Assembly: GCA_963737065.1 (NCBI GenBank)
Contig: CAVTRC010000001.1
Coordinates: 64,001 to 128,000, forward strand
From: Candidatus Eremiobacteria bacterium
Lineage (GTDB): Bacteria; Vulcanimicrobiota; Vulcanimicrobiia; Vulcanimicrobiales; Vulcanimicrobiaceae
Direction of reading: 5' to 3'
DNA length: 64,000 nt
This document shows, in pieces, positions 1 through 10,190 of this stretch (the first letter of the stretch is position 1; the number at the start of each line of letters is the position of its first letter). The position numbers were made by a program, and so were the translations under genes. The notes under the pieces were generated by a model. The model had not been told where the DNA came from. It ran no database searches and was given only the letters and a program-made list of their open reading frames with translations.

Positions 1-1901
1 TTCCCGGGAGACGATTACCGCGGCGATCCGCAGCGCGACGGACCCCGCTATGCTGGGCAAGCTCGTTCGTTCGATCGCGCCGAATCCACGCGCCCTGCTC
101 GATGCAGCCGCCGCGGCGATGCCGGCACATAGCCGGCTCGTTTGAAGAACTCCTCAAGCGCGGCGCGCGACACATCGTGCGCCCCACGTGCGGCCTGTGC
201 GGAGAGGCGGCGCTCTTAGAATACAAATTTCAAGACCGACGGATCTGCCGAGAATGCTACACGAAGAACCTCAAAGCGGAATGCTGCATCTGTAAACGGA
301 TGAAACAAATCTGCTCGCGCATCGATGGAAAGCCAAGGTGTGCTGCCTGTCACGTTCGCGATCCGCAAAACCACGAAATCTGCAGCATATGCAAGGCCCT
401 CGCCTATCCACGGGTGCGCCCCAACGGCCGACCAATCTGTCAGCTCTGTTACGAAGCGCCGAAGCACGTCTGCACAAACTGCGGAAAGCATGCCCCCGCG
501 CAGACGACGGAACCGCGAGTACTCTGCAAAGAGTGCTACGAAGTGATCGTCCTGGGAAAACCAGTGCGGGTCCTTCCACGCGCCAAGCACCGACCGATGC
601 GCCAGCGCGTCTGTGCAACCTGCGGTGAAAGACGGCTCTGTACCAACTTCCTTGGTGATCAGCCGAAATGCGCCGATTGCGCAGGGCGCCCGAAGCTAGA
701 ATGCGTTTCGTGCCGCAGGGAACGCCCGGTGCAGGCCATTTGGGAGATCGGTCCAGTGTGTAACACTTGCTATGACGGCAAGCGCGGTATGTGCAACCGC
801 TGCGATCATGAAGGATTGGTTATTAAGTATCGCCACAACGCAATTTGTCACGAATGCGCCGGAAAGCCGAGTCAGTCGAAATGCGGCGGCTGTGGCCATC
901 GTGAAGGGCTTTACGAACGCGGGCGCTGTGCTCGCTGTGTGCTCGACCGAAAGTTGACCGACTTGCTGCGGGACACGAGTGGGGAGTTCGCCAGCGAGCT
1001 GCTACCCCTAAAGAACCTACTTCTGGAACACCCGAGTCCTGAGTCGGTGCTCGGCTGGCTACGAAAGAGTCCAAAAGCGACTCACGTACTTGGAGCACTC
1101 GCCCGACGCGAATTGGAGGCGTCACATGTCGCATTCGACAATCTCGGCGGCGCGCCGTCCATTAGCTTCTTGCGATCTTTGTTGATGTCGAGCGCCGTTC
1201 TGCCGGAGCAGTCGCGTAACTTTTCGCTTCTGCTGCCATGGCTCGAACGTTTTCTCTCACGCTGCCCCGCGGCCCATCGACCCTTACTTTCAGCATTTGC
1301 GCAATGGCATGTCTTTCGACGACTACGCGACAAGGCGCGCTTTGGTGATATCACGGAGAGCTCCAACCGATGGGCCCGTGCGCGTTTGCGTTGCGCCGCC
1401 GTGTTCCTAAAATTTCTAGATAGCAAAGGTCATACCCTGAACACCTGTCAACAGGCCTTGCTTGATGAATGGCTAGCAGAGGGCTCGACGTCAGCGTACC
1501 TCGTGCGTGACTTCGTCTGCTGGGCATATCGCCGAAATCTGATGCGGCAACACGTTGTTCCGCTACGCAAAGTTAAGAAACCGGTCGACCCGATCGATGC
1601 GGATGCGCGGTGGGCGATCATTCGTCGCCTCATCACGGACGACACCATCCCCGTGGGTTTGCGCGTAGCCGGAGCATTAAACTTACTCTTTGGCCAGCAT
1701 GTGAGCAGAATCGTGCGCCTCACCGATGCCCATGTTATAAACATTGATGAAGAAACGTGCGTGGTGCTAGGCCGCGAACCAACTCCGCTTCCCCAACCCT
1801 TTGCTCGGCTGATCTTGGACCTCGTTAAAAGGCGGCGCAGTCAAAAGTGGAGTTGACCCGCTTCCGTGGAGACTTTCAATCTTACAGAGAAAGGTCTCCA
1901 T

Positions 1902-2213
1902 ATGGCAAAGCGCCCCACCTATCCGCCGGAATTCCGGCATAGGATCCTCGAGCTGGTTCGCTCCGGTCGCAGCGTGAATTCGATTGCCGCCGAGTTCCAA
2001 GTCGCGCGGCAATCGATCGTGAACTGGCTGAAGCAAGACGACGTTGATACGGGCCGCCGCGACGGCGGTTTAACAACGGACGAACGCAAAGAACTTGCGG
2101 CACTGCGCCGTGAAAATAAGCGCTTAAAACTCGAAGCGGAAATCCTGTCAAAAGCCGCGGCCTGGTTCGCTCGGGAAACGCACGCGGTTCCGAGCAAATC
2201 TTCGGATTCATAA
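1902..2213 (+). CDS. IS3 transposase OrfA (HTH)
   Basis: MAKRPTYPPEFRHRILELVRSG...EILSKAAAWFARE is typical IS3 OrfA. The AAAAG at 2150-2154 opens a stop-free -1 frame into OrfB. Confidence 0.9.
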   Translation: MAKRPTYPPEFRHRILELVRSGRSVNSIAAEFQVARQSIVNWLKQDDVDTGRRDGGLTTDERKELAALRRENKRLKLEAEILSKAAAWFARETHAVPSKSSDS

Positions 2214-2611
2214 AGGCGTACCAGGCCAACTATACGATTACGATGCTGTGTCATGTGCTCGACGTTTCCCCGAGCGGATACTACGCGTGGTGCAACCGAT
2301 CGCCGTCGAAGCGCCGCCAAGACGACATCGTTCTCGGCGATCAGATCGATGCGTTCTATCGGAAGTCGTATGGTATTTACGGCCGTCCGCGCTTGCATGC
2401 GGATCTTCGCGAAGCCGGCATTCGGATCTCCGGAAAGCGCCTTGCGCGGTTGATGCGCGAACGCGGAATTGTCGGCGTTTCTCGGAGGAAATCCACAGTC
2501 ACGACCATACGCGATCGGGATTCGCGTCCGGCGCCTGATCTCGTTGAGCGCAATTTCCAAGCCGATGGGCCTGACCAGCTTTGGGTCGCTGACATTACGT
2601 TGTATCTTGGA

Positions 2612-2785
2612 CCGACGCGGCGAACAACCGTCGCGAGGTGGGGATAGCACGGATATTACGTGAGGCAGCAACAGCCTGAGATGTAGATGTCGCACCCCAC
2701 TGCATTTTCAGCGCCGCAGGAGATCGGACGATAGCAAAGACGTTGCTCATCGAGCGAAGAGTCTGGATTTACAAGGCTGATCCGC
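2612..2785 (+). ncRNA. Putative bridge RNA of IS110 #1 (ends approximate)
   Basis: Non-coding left end with a 5' hairpin and two internal-loop modules. Target guides are ATATTACGT (2653-2661) and GATGTAG (2680-2686). Donor guides are ACGATAGC (2728-2735) and TTACAAG (2769-2775). Confidence 0.82.
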
Positions 2786-2821
2786 GGGTGGCGCGATTTC
2801 GATTTGAAATGTGGAGGCGCT

Positions 2822-3805
2822 GTGAAATTCATCGGGATTGATGTCTCTCGTGATAAGCTCGACTGCGCGGTAGTCGACGACTGTGGAACCGTTATTCAAC
2901 GATCGCGAGCATTTAAGAATAGCGCTGATGGCGTCGATGCGCTCCTGAAGTGGGTCGGAAAAATCGCCAGTAAGGGGCACGCGCGGTTTGTCATCGAGGC
3001 AACGGCAGCCTATCACGAGATGGCCTCACTGCGCCTTGCGAAGACCGGTGAATTCGTCGCAATCGTGAACCCATTTCACGTGCGTTCTTTAGCGCGCGGG
3101 CTAGCCATGCTCAGTAAGAGTGACGCGATTGATGCGCTCGTCCTTGCGCAATATGGGCGTCTTGCAAAGCTGCGCCGATGGGTACCGCCAGCTGCGCAGC
3201 TTGTTGATATTCAGGCTCTTTTGCTGCGGCTCGATGCGATTGAATCAGACCTCTTGCGTGAGCAGAATCGTCGCGAGCAGGCTGCAGCCAGAGAATCCGC
3301 GACGCTTGTGATTGGCTCGATTGACGCGAGTATCAAATTCCTAAAGCGTCAGCGGAAAAGCATCGAATTCGCGATCAGCAAATCGATTGAAACCGCTCCG
3401 GGTATCGCGGATGACGTCGAGCGCTTACGCTCGATCCCCGGCGTGGGCGAAAAGACAGCAAACCGCATGGCGACCATGCTGCGTATGCACGACTTTAAGT
3501 CGGCGCGTGAAGTGGCCGCCTTCTGCGGCCTCGTTCCGGTCGAGCATAAATCCGGAACGAGCGTCTATCGCAAGCCGCGACTCTCGAAGGCCGGCAACCC
3601 AAGAATGCGGGCGGCTCTATACATGGTTGCAGTCGTCGCCATGCGGTTGAACCCCGACGTCAAGGCGCTTTACGATCGACTCGTAGGACGCGGTAAAGCA
3701 AAAATGGCGGCTCTCGGTGCGTGCATGCGTAAGATCGTTCAGATATGTTTCGGCGTACTGAAGTCGGGAAAAACGTACGCCCCGCAGGCTGTTGTTAGAG
3801 CTTGA
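2822..3805 (+). CDS. IS110 DEDD recombinase/transposase
   Basis: GIDVS, IEAT and KSDAIDA (DEDD RuvC-like), SIPGVG, PVEHKSG (catalytic Ser region), SKAGN. GGAGG RBS precedes GTG 2822. Confidence 0.95.
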   Translation: MKFIGIDVSRDKLDCAVVDDCGTVIQRSRAFKNSADGVDALLKWVGKIASKGHARFVIEATAAYHEMASLRLAKTGEFVAIVNPFHVRSLARGLAMLSKSDAIDALVLAQYGRLAKLRRWVPPAAQLVDIQALLLRLDAIESDLLREQNRREQAAARESATLVIGSIDASIKFLKRQRKSIEFAISKSIETAPGIADDVERLRSIPGVGEKTANRMATMLRMHDFKSAREVAAFCGLVPVEHKSGTSVYRKPRLSKAGNPRMRAALYMVAVVAMRLNPDVKALYDRLVGRGKAKMAALGACMRKIVQICFGVLKSGKTYAPQAVVRA

Positions 3806-4679
3806 CTTCCCAGACGATATCTATATCCCGACCTGGGGTGGATTCGTATACCTCGCAATTGTGCTCGATGCTTACAGTCGTCGAGTCGTCGGCTGGGCAA
3901 CTGCTAATCACTTACGCACCGAACTTGTTCTGCAAGCGCTCAACTCATCAATCTATCGGCGACGGCCGGAAAACGTTATCCATCACTCGGATCAAGGCTG
4001 CCAATACACCTCAATCGCCTTCGGCCTGCGGTGTCGCGAAGCCAAGGTACGCCCGTCGATGGGTTCAGTCGGTGATGCATACGATAACGCGATGTGCGAG
4101 AGCTTCAACGCAACGCTCGAATGCGAACTACTTGCGCGAAGTTCGTTCAAAAGCCAGCGTGAAGCTGAACAAGCGATCTTCGCGTATATCGAGGGTTTCT
4201 ACAACCCGCATCGCCGGCATTCCGCAATCGGGTATCTCTCACCGAACAACTTCGAGCGCCGCATGAGTCATGCCGCTTGATGTCCAAGTCGCATTTCTCC
4301 GCGAAAGCGGGTCAACTCCAAAGCGCCCGAGGTTGGCATCAGGCGAATTCCTTTTGTTTCCGGGAAAGAACTACGGCAAGCCGACGACAACTGATGTGCT
4401 GAGTCATCGGTTGCAAAATATTGGAATCAGCGTACGTGCCGGCCGAAACGCTGCGCTGATGGAGATCGCGGCTAAGCTTCCCGCACCAGTGCTACGGGAT
4501 TTGCTCGGCATCCACATAAATGTGGCGGTAATTTGGAACCGCGCCGCAGGGCACAGCTATGCCAATTATGTCGGCGGTCTGAAGCGACAGAATGCTAAGA
4601 CTTAATCGGACAGTTGGCGAAGGTCGCATCGCATCCTGCCGCGTCACTGAGCGTGACGTCGGCGACGAAGGAGACGATC

Positions 4680-5714
4680 TTGACCACCGAACGCAAAGTC
4701 ATTCGTGCCAAAGTCGGCCTGCTCAACCTTGCAAAGCAGTTGGGGAACGTGCAGCAGGCCTGCAAGATGATGGGGTTTAGTCGCGATAGTTTCTATCGCT
4801 TCCAAGAGCTCTATGAAACCGGCGGTGAGGCCGCGCTCGCGGAAATCTCGCGCCGAAAACCGATCCTGAAGAACCGAATCGATCCAACGATCGAGGATGC
4901 GATCGTGACGCTCGCAATAGAACAGCCGGCGTTCGGCCAAGTGCGCGTCGCCAATGAACTCAAAAAACGTGCAATGACCGTTTCTCCCGCCGGCGTGCGC
5001 TGCGTTTGGCAGCGGCACGATCTTGAGACGATGAAGAAACGATTGAAAGCACTAGAAGCAAAAAGTGCACAGGAAGGTTTGGTTCTGACCGAAGCGCAGC
5101 TCGCAGCACTTGAGAAGGCGCAGAACGAGAAGGACGCGCACGGCGAGTTCGAGAGTGAATGCCCCGGTTATTGCGGCGCACAAGACACGTTCTACGTCGG
5201 CACGCTCAAAGGCGTCGGCCGTGTATATCAGCAGACCTTTGTCGACACGTATAGCAAAGTTGGATTCGCGAAGCTGTACCAGCAAAAGACGCCAATTACT
5301 GCAGCAGATCTGCTCAATGATCGGGTCATTCCATTCTTTGAAGAGCACGATATTCGCGTGAGCCGAATCCTCACTGATCGTGGAACCGAGTACTGCGGAG
5401 ACGTCCAGAAGCATCCTTACGAGTTGTACCTCGCAATCGAAGACATCGATCACACGCGCACCAAGGCAAAGAGCCCCCAAACAAACGGCATCGTTGAACG
5501 CCTTCACAAGACGATGCTTAACGAATTCTACCGCGTGGCATTCCGCAAGAAGATTTACCATACGGTCGACGAGCTGCAAGCCGATCTCGATGCATGGATG
5601 CGCGAGTACAACATAGAACGCACGCATCAAGGGCGCTGGTGTTACGGCAAGACGCCGATGCAGACATTTTTCGACAGCTTGGAACTCGCCAAGGAGAAGC
5701 TATTTGCAGCCTGA
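4680..5714 (+). CDS. IS481-family transposase
   Basis: N-terminal HTH ([29 protein letters not shown]) and DDE core QDTF / LTDRGTEY / [18 protein letters not shown] precedes TTG 4680. Confidence 0.9.
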   Translation: MTTERKVIRAKVGLLNLAKQLGNVQQACKMMGFSRDSFYRFQELYETGGEAALAEISRRKPILKNRIDPTIEDAIVTLAIEQPAFGQVRVANELKKRAMTVSPAGVRCVWQRHDLETMKKRLKALEAKSAQEGLVLTEAQLAALEKAQNEKDAHGEFESECPGYCGAQDTFYVGTLKGVGRVYQQTFVDTYSKVGFAKLYQQKTPITAADLLNDRVIPFFEEHDIRVSRILTDRGTEYCGDVQKHPYELYLAIEDIDHTRTKAKSPQTNGIVERLHKTMLNEFYRVAFRKKIYHTVDELQADLDAWMREYNIERTHQGRWCYGKTPMQTFFDSLELAKEKLFAA

Positions 5715-5835
5715 GTTTAGCGCCATTGGAACGATCCGACACTCAGCGACGCGATCATGCGCCAACCACGACAGACAACGAAAACCCCGAAGATTATCGA
5801 TTGCGTAGCACAGCACACTGGTACCTGCCGTGCCA

Positions 5836-6114
5836 TCAACGTTGCCGCGAGTTGCCATCAAACTCGCCAAATACCTGCTGAAGCGTTGCATATGCTCTGT
5901 CTTCGCGGGCGTATGCACGCCCAACGATCCGGCAATTAAGCAGCGCGAGCAATACTGCCGCCACGAACGCAGTGCCCACGATCACCCAATGAGGAAGCGT
6001 TTTCACCGTTACCGCCTCATAGCCAAGAATGATCAAAGCCGCATTACCAGCGAGGCTCGCTATGAATATCGAAGTCAATTGCTTCCCTTCGTTCAGCCGA
6101 TTAGCCATATTCAC
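5836..6114 (-). CDS. Small hypothetical membrane protein (2 TM)
   Basis: 92-aa ORF with two hydrophobic stretches. No recognisable family. Confidence 0.4.
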   Translation of the reverse strand: MNMANRLNEGKQLTSIFIASLAGNAALIILGYEAVTVKTLPHWVIVGTAFVAAVLLALLNCRIVGRAYAREDRAYATLQQVFGEFDGNSRQR

Positions 6115-6237
6115 GCAACCGAACCCCGCTCGGTAGATGCACGTGGCTTGCGAAGTCGACGTTGAAAATGGAGGCTTGATACATCCTGTTGTTGACGCCG
6201 GGTGAAAAGTGACCCACTTTGCTAGGGGATCGCCGGT

Positions 6238-8050
<1,813 letters not shown>

Positions 8051-8100
8051 CGCGACCTTGCGTTCGCGTTAGATCAGGTGGAACGGCTTAGTCAACTCTG

Positions 8101-9174
8101 TTAGGCGGCGACTTCAATACTATTCTGACTATTGCGCGCAAGTCGGTCTTGCATCGGTTGTAACCGATAAAACACAACCGTTGCCAGCTGCCGTTTGTGA
8201 GAACGCATCGCAGCTCGATGCGTCTTGCCCTCAGCTCGCTTACGCGCATAATAGAGTTGGCCCGGATGATTGCGCGTGCGGTTTTGGACCAACGCAATAA
8301 CATGGAGTAATCGATTGAGCTGACGATCACCACCGGTGTTGACACGGACGCTCGCGTTGCGACCGCTCGAACACGGAACGGGCGCCGCCCCGGCGCGCAT
8401 CGCGAAGCTCGCGGCATTGCGATACATGCAAAGATTGCCGGCATGTCCAATGATCCCGGCAGCAACGACAATGGAAACGCCTCGAAGCTCCAGCAATTCG
8501 GGCGCAAGGCGCTTAACGAAAGGGCGCAGTTGGCGTTCCAGCTGATTCACTGCAGCATTGAGCCGGCGGATTTCCGAGATCGCCTCGTCGACCTCATCAG
8601 CAAGCGCATCACCGGTATAGCTCTTACCGCGATGACCCGTTAGAAGATCTGCTGCATTCTGCAATGCAATTTCGGTGGTCATGTTCGAGGGCAGCGGTCC
8701 AATCGCCAGCCGCAATGCGGCATCCCGCAGCCGATTTACAGCCTCCGTCCGCTGTCGCACAAGTCGATCGCGGCGATCATAACGTAACCGGACTGCTTCC
8801 TGTTCATCCAGACGTTCGCAACGCCGCAAGCGATCGGATTCGCGCAGAACTGCTTCGGCAATCGCTCGAGCGTCGAGTGGATCGGATTTTCCTCTTCGGC
8901 TTGCGTGTTTGCGGTGACGTTTAGTGAACGAACCTGGAACCTCGTATACGACGGCGTTGCTTTTCAGCAGAGCATCGGCGAAGCCACGTCCGAACGAACC
9001 ACTTCCCTCAAGACCCCATTCAACGGTGCCAAACGACCGTGCTCTTTCGATCGCAGTCGCATACCCTGCGGCGTTCGTTGCAATGGTGATCTCCGAGAGC
9101 GCTTTCCCAACTCCATCAACGAATACGATGGTGTGAGAATCCTTGTGACAATCGACGCCCGCAACGACGCGCAT
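8101..9174 (-). CDS. IS110 DEDD recombinase/transposase
   Basis: AGVDCHK, GLEGSG, GKSDPLDA, PVPCSSG, GGDRQLN. AAGGAG RBS. Confidence 0.95.
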   Translation of the reverse strand: MRVVAGVDCHKDSHTIVFVDGVGKALSEITIATNAAGYATAIERARSFGTVEWGLEGSGSFGRGFADALLKSNAVVYEVPGSFTKRHRKHASRRGKSDPLDARAIAEAVLRESDRLRRCERLDEQEAVRLRYDRRDRLVRQRTEAVNRLRDAALRLAIGPLPSNMTTEIALQNAADLLTGHRGKSYTGDALADEVDEAISEIRRLNAAVNQLERQLRPFVKRLAPELLELRGVSIVVAAGIIGHAGNLCMYRNAASFAMRAGAAPVPCSSGRNASVRVNTGGDRQLNRLLHVIALVQNRTRNHPGQLYYARKRAEGKTHRAAMRSHKRQLATVVFYRLQPMQDRLARNSQNSIEVAA

Positions 9175-9194
9175 GCGTTCTCCTTTTATGCGAG

Positions 9195-9335
9195 GTTACC
9201 GCAGACGTCGGCGATCCCTTATTGAGCATTTGCACTCGGCTTACCAGCCAAAACGCGCTGCGGAAAAGACGCGCCTGCCGGCCATTCCACCCCAAGTCAA
9301 TCCGACTGTCAATTTTGGAGCCAGAGCAGACGCAC
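9195..9335 (-). ncRNA. Putative bridge RNA of IS110 #2 (ends approximate)
   Basis: Minus-strand guides AAAATTGAC (9308-9316) and GGGGTGG (9287-9293) flank an AGTC/GACT hairpin and match the target. TAAGCCG (9237-9243) and ATAAGG (9217-9222) flank a second hairpin and match the donor junction. Confidence 0.75.
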
Positions 9336-9476
9336 CCTAATCATACATATAAGGGTCAATTTTCAACCGGCGGGGTGGGTCAACTTTACTCCGGCGCTAA
9401 CACTGTCCTTTTCTTAGTTTCGCCGCGATTCGAATTTCGAAAGAGACAGATTGCGCGAATATTGCCATTGTGCAGT

Positions 9477-9700
9477 TGGAGTTGATCGATTATCGTGGAT
9501 AGTTTTTTGATCGGAGCCTACGCAGCATGTTCCCGCTCGAAGTCGATTGGCCAGAGATAGTTGAGTCGCGAGTGCGCACGGTGCGCGTTGTACCACGATT
9601 CAATGAACGTGAAGATCGCTATACGAGCCTCACTCTGCGCTTTGAATCGCCGCCTTGCGAGCAGCTCGGCATTCGAGCGTGGCAAAGAAACTCTCGCACG
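9477..9700 (-). pseudogene. IS3 OrfB 3' fragment with degenerate terminal repeat
   Basis: ELLARRRFKAQSEARIAIFTFIESWYNAHRAHSRLNY resembles the OrfB C-terminus at ~4130-4280. TGGAGTTGA at 9477 resembles the IS3 inverted repeat. Confidence 0.75.
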
Positions 9701-9754
9701 TCGCAGTACCTTAGGATTCGGCGGACATCGTTTCAACGTTCAAGGATAACACCG

Positions 9755-9870
9755 CGTGGACGAATATCAGCGCAAACGCCTCGCATGGATTCGCTTTTTG
9801 AGCAGTGGAACGATGCTGGAAAGGTCTGCCTGAAATGCGGAATCTCTCCCCCGACGCTGCGTAAATGTCT
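9755..9870 (+). pseudogene. Transposase N-terminal HTH remnant (IS481-like)
   Basis: Reads MDEYQRKRLAWIRF / EQWNDAGKVCLKCGISPPTLRK across a frameshift, then is truncated. Confidence 0.55.
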
Positions 9871-10190
9871 GGGAGCACCATAAGGTCCATGGGATCACCA
9901 GCTGTGCCAAGGCATTCGGCCGCTCGAGCAACTCTGGCGTCGTCGATTCCGATAGGGTAACATCGTAACCGGCCACCGCTTCGTCCTCTCGGTTAAGAAG
10001 TTCGTCGTAAAGCAAATGTTCCGAACCGAAACGCTGGCTCCTCGTCTTTACAGCATTTTAAGAGACGTCATCACTGGGCACAGTACGTCGGAATTCGAGC
10101 TAACAATATTGACGTAGAACGACCAGCAGGATTCGACACGGCTTAAACGAGCGATCCTAAATGGCTTCGTAATTCCAGGAGGATCCGTAT

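Larger units (their letters stand above)
2601..3822 (+). mobile_element. IS110-family (IS621-like) bridge recombination element
   Basis: No terminal inverted repeats. Precise removal restores IS3 orfB. The reconstructed circle junction is ACGATAT-CT-TGTAT and creates TTGACT-17 bp-TATCTT. Confidence 0.92.
2150..4280 (+). pseudogene. IS3 transposase OrfB (DDE integrase core), split by IS110 at the ADIT|YIPT motif
   Basis: The 5' part ends WVADIT at 2599. The 3' part resumes YIPTWGGFVYLAIVLD...HHSDQG...DNAMCESF at 3822 and is in frame after excision of the IS110. Confidence 0.92.
1848..4320 (+). mobile_element. IS3-family insertion sequence, disrupted by a nested IS110
   Basis: 25-bp terminal inverted repeats TGGAGTTGACCCGCTT(C/T)CG(T/C)GGAGA match at 23/25 with TG...CA ends. 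3-bp target duplication AAG at 1845-1847 and 4321-4323. orfA and orfB present. Confidence 0.95.
2..4605 (+). pseudogene. Multi-CxxC (Zn-finger repeat) protein with C-terminal tyrosine-recombinase-like domain, interrupted by IS3 (1848-4320); 5' end probably lies outside the window
   Basis: ORF 102-1856 has 16 CxxC motifs followed by an integrase-like helical region. Removing the IS3 and one AAG copy joins it in frame (RRSQK|RPRLASGEF) to ORF 4270-4605 (RAGRNAALMEIAAKLPAPVLRDLLGIH). There is a probable extra T at 141-143 relative to the upstream frame-2 reading. Confidence 0.8.
8080..9352 (-). mobile_element. IS110-family element #2, inserted in an IS21 terminal repeat
   Basis: CC core on the minus strand occurs at both ends (8080-8081 and 9353-9354). 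Removal restores GAAAATTGACCCACCTG. The circle junction gives TTGACT-17 bp-TATGAT. Confidence 0.88.

Noticed and set aside
3792..4280. Independent 162-aa integrase
   Set aside because: It is the 3' half of IS3 orfB, and its first codons derive from the IS110 end.
4270..4605. Independent 111-aa gene
   Set aside because: Its start lies inside the IS3 right end. It is the separated C-terminus of the gene at the window start.
4640..5753. Terminal inverted repeats for the IS481 element (CGCGTCACTGAGCGT vs ACACTCAGCGACGCG, 13/15)
   Set aside because: No TGT...ACA ends or target duplication were seen, so element boundaries cannot be supported.
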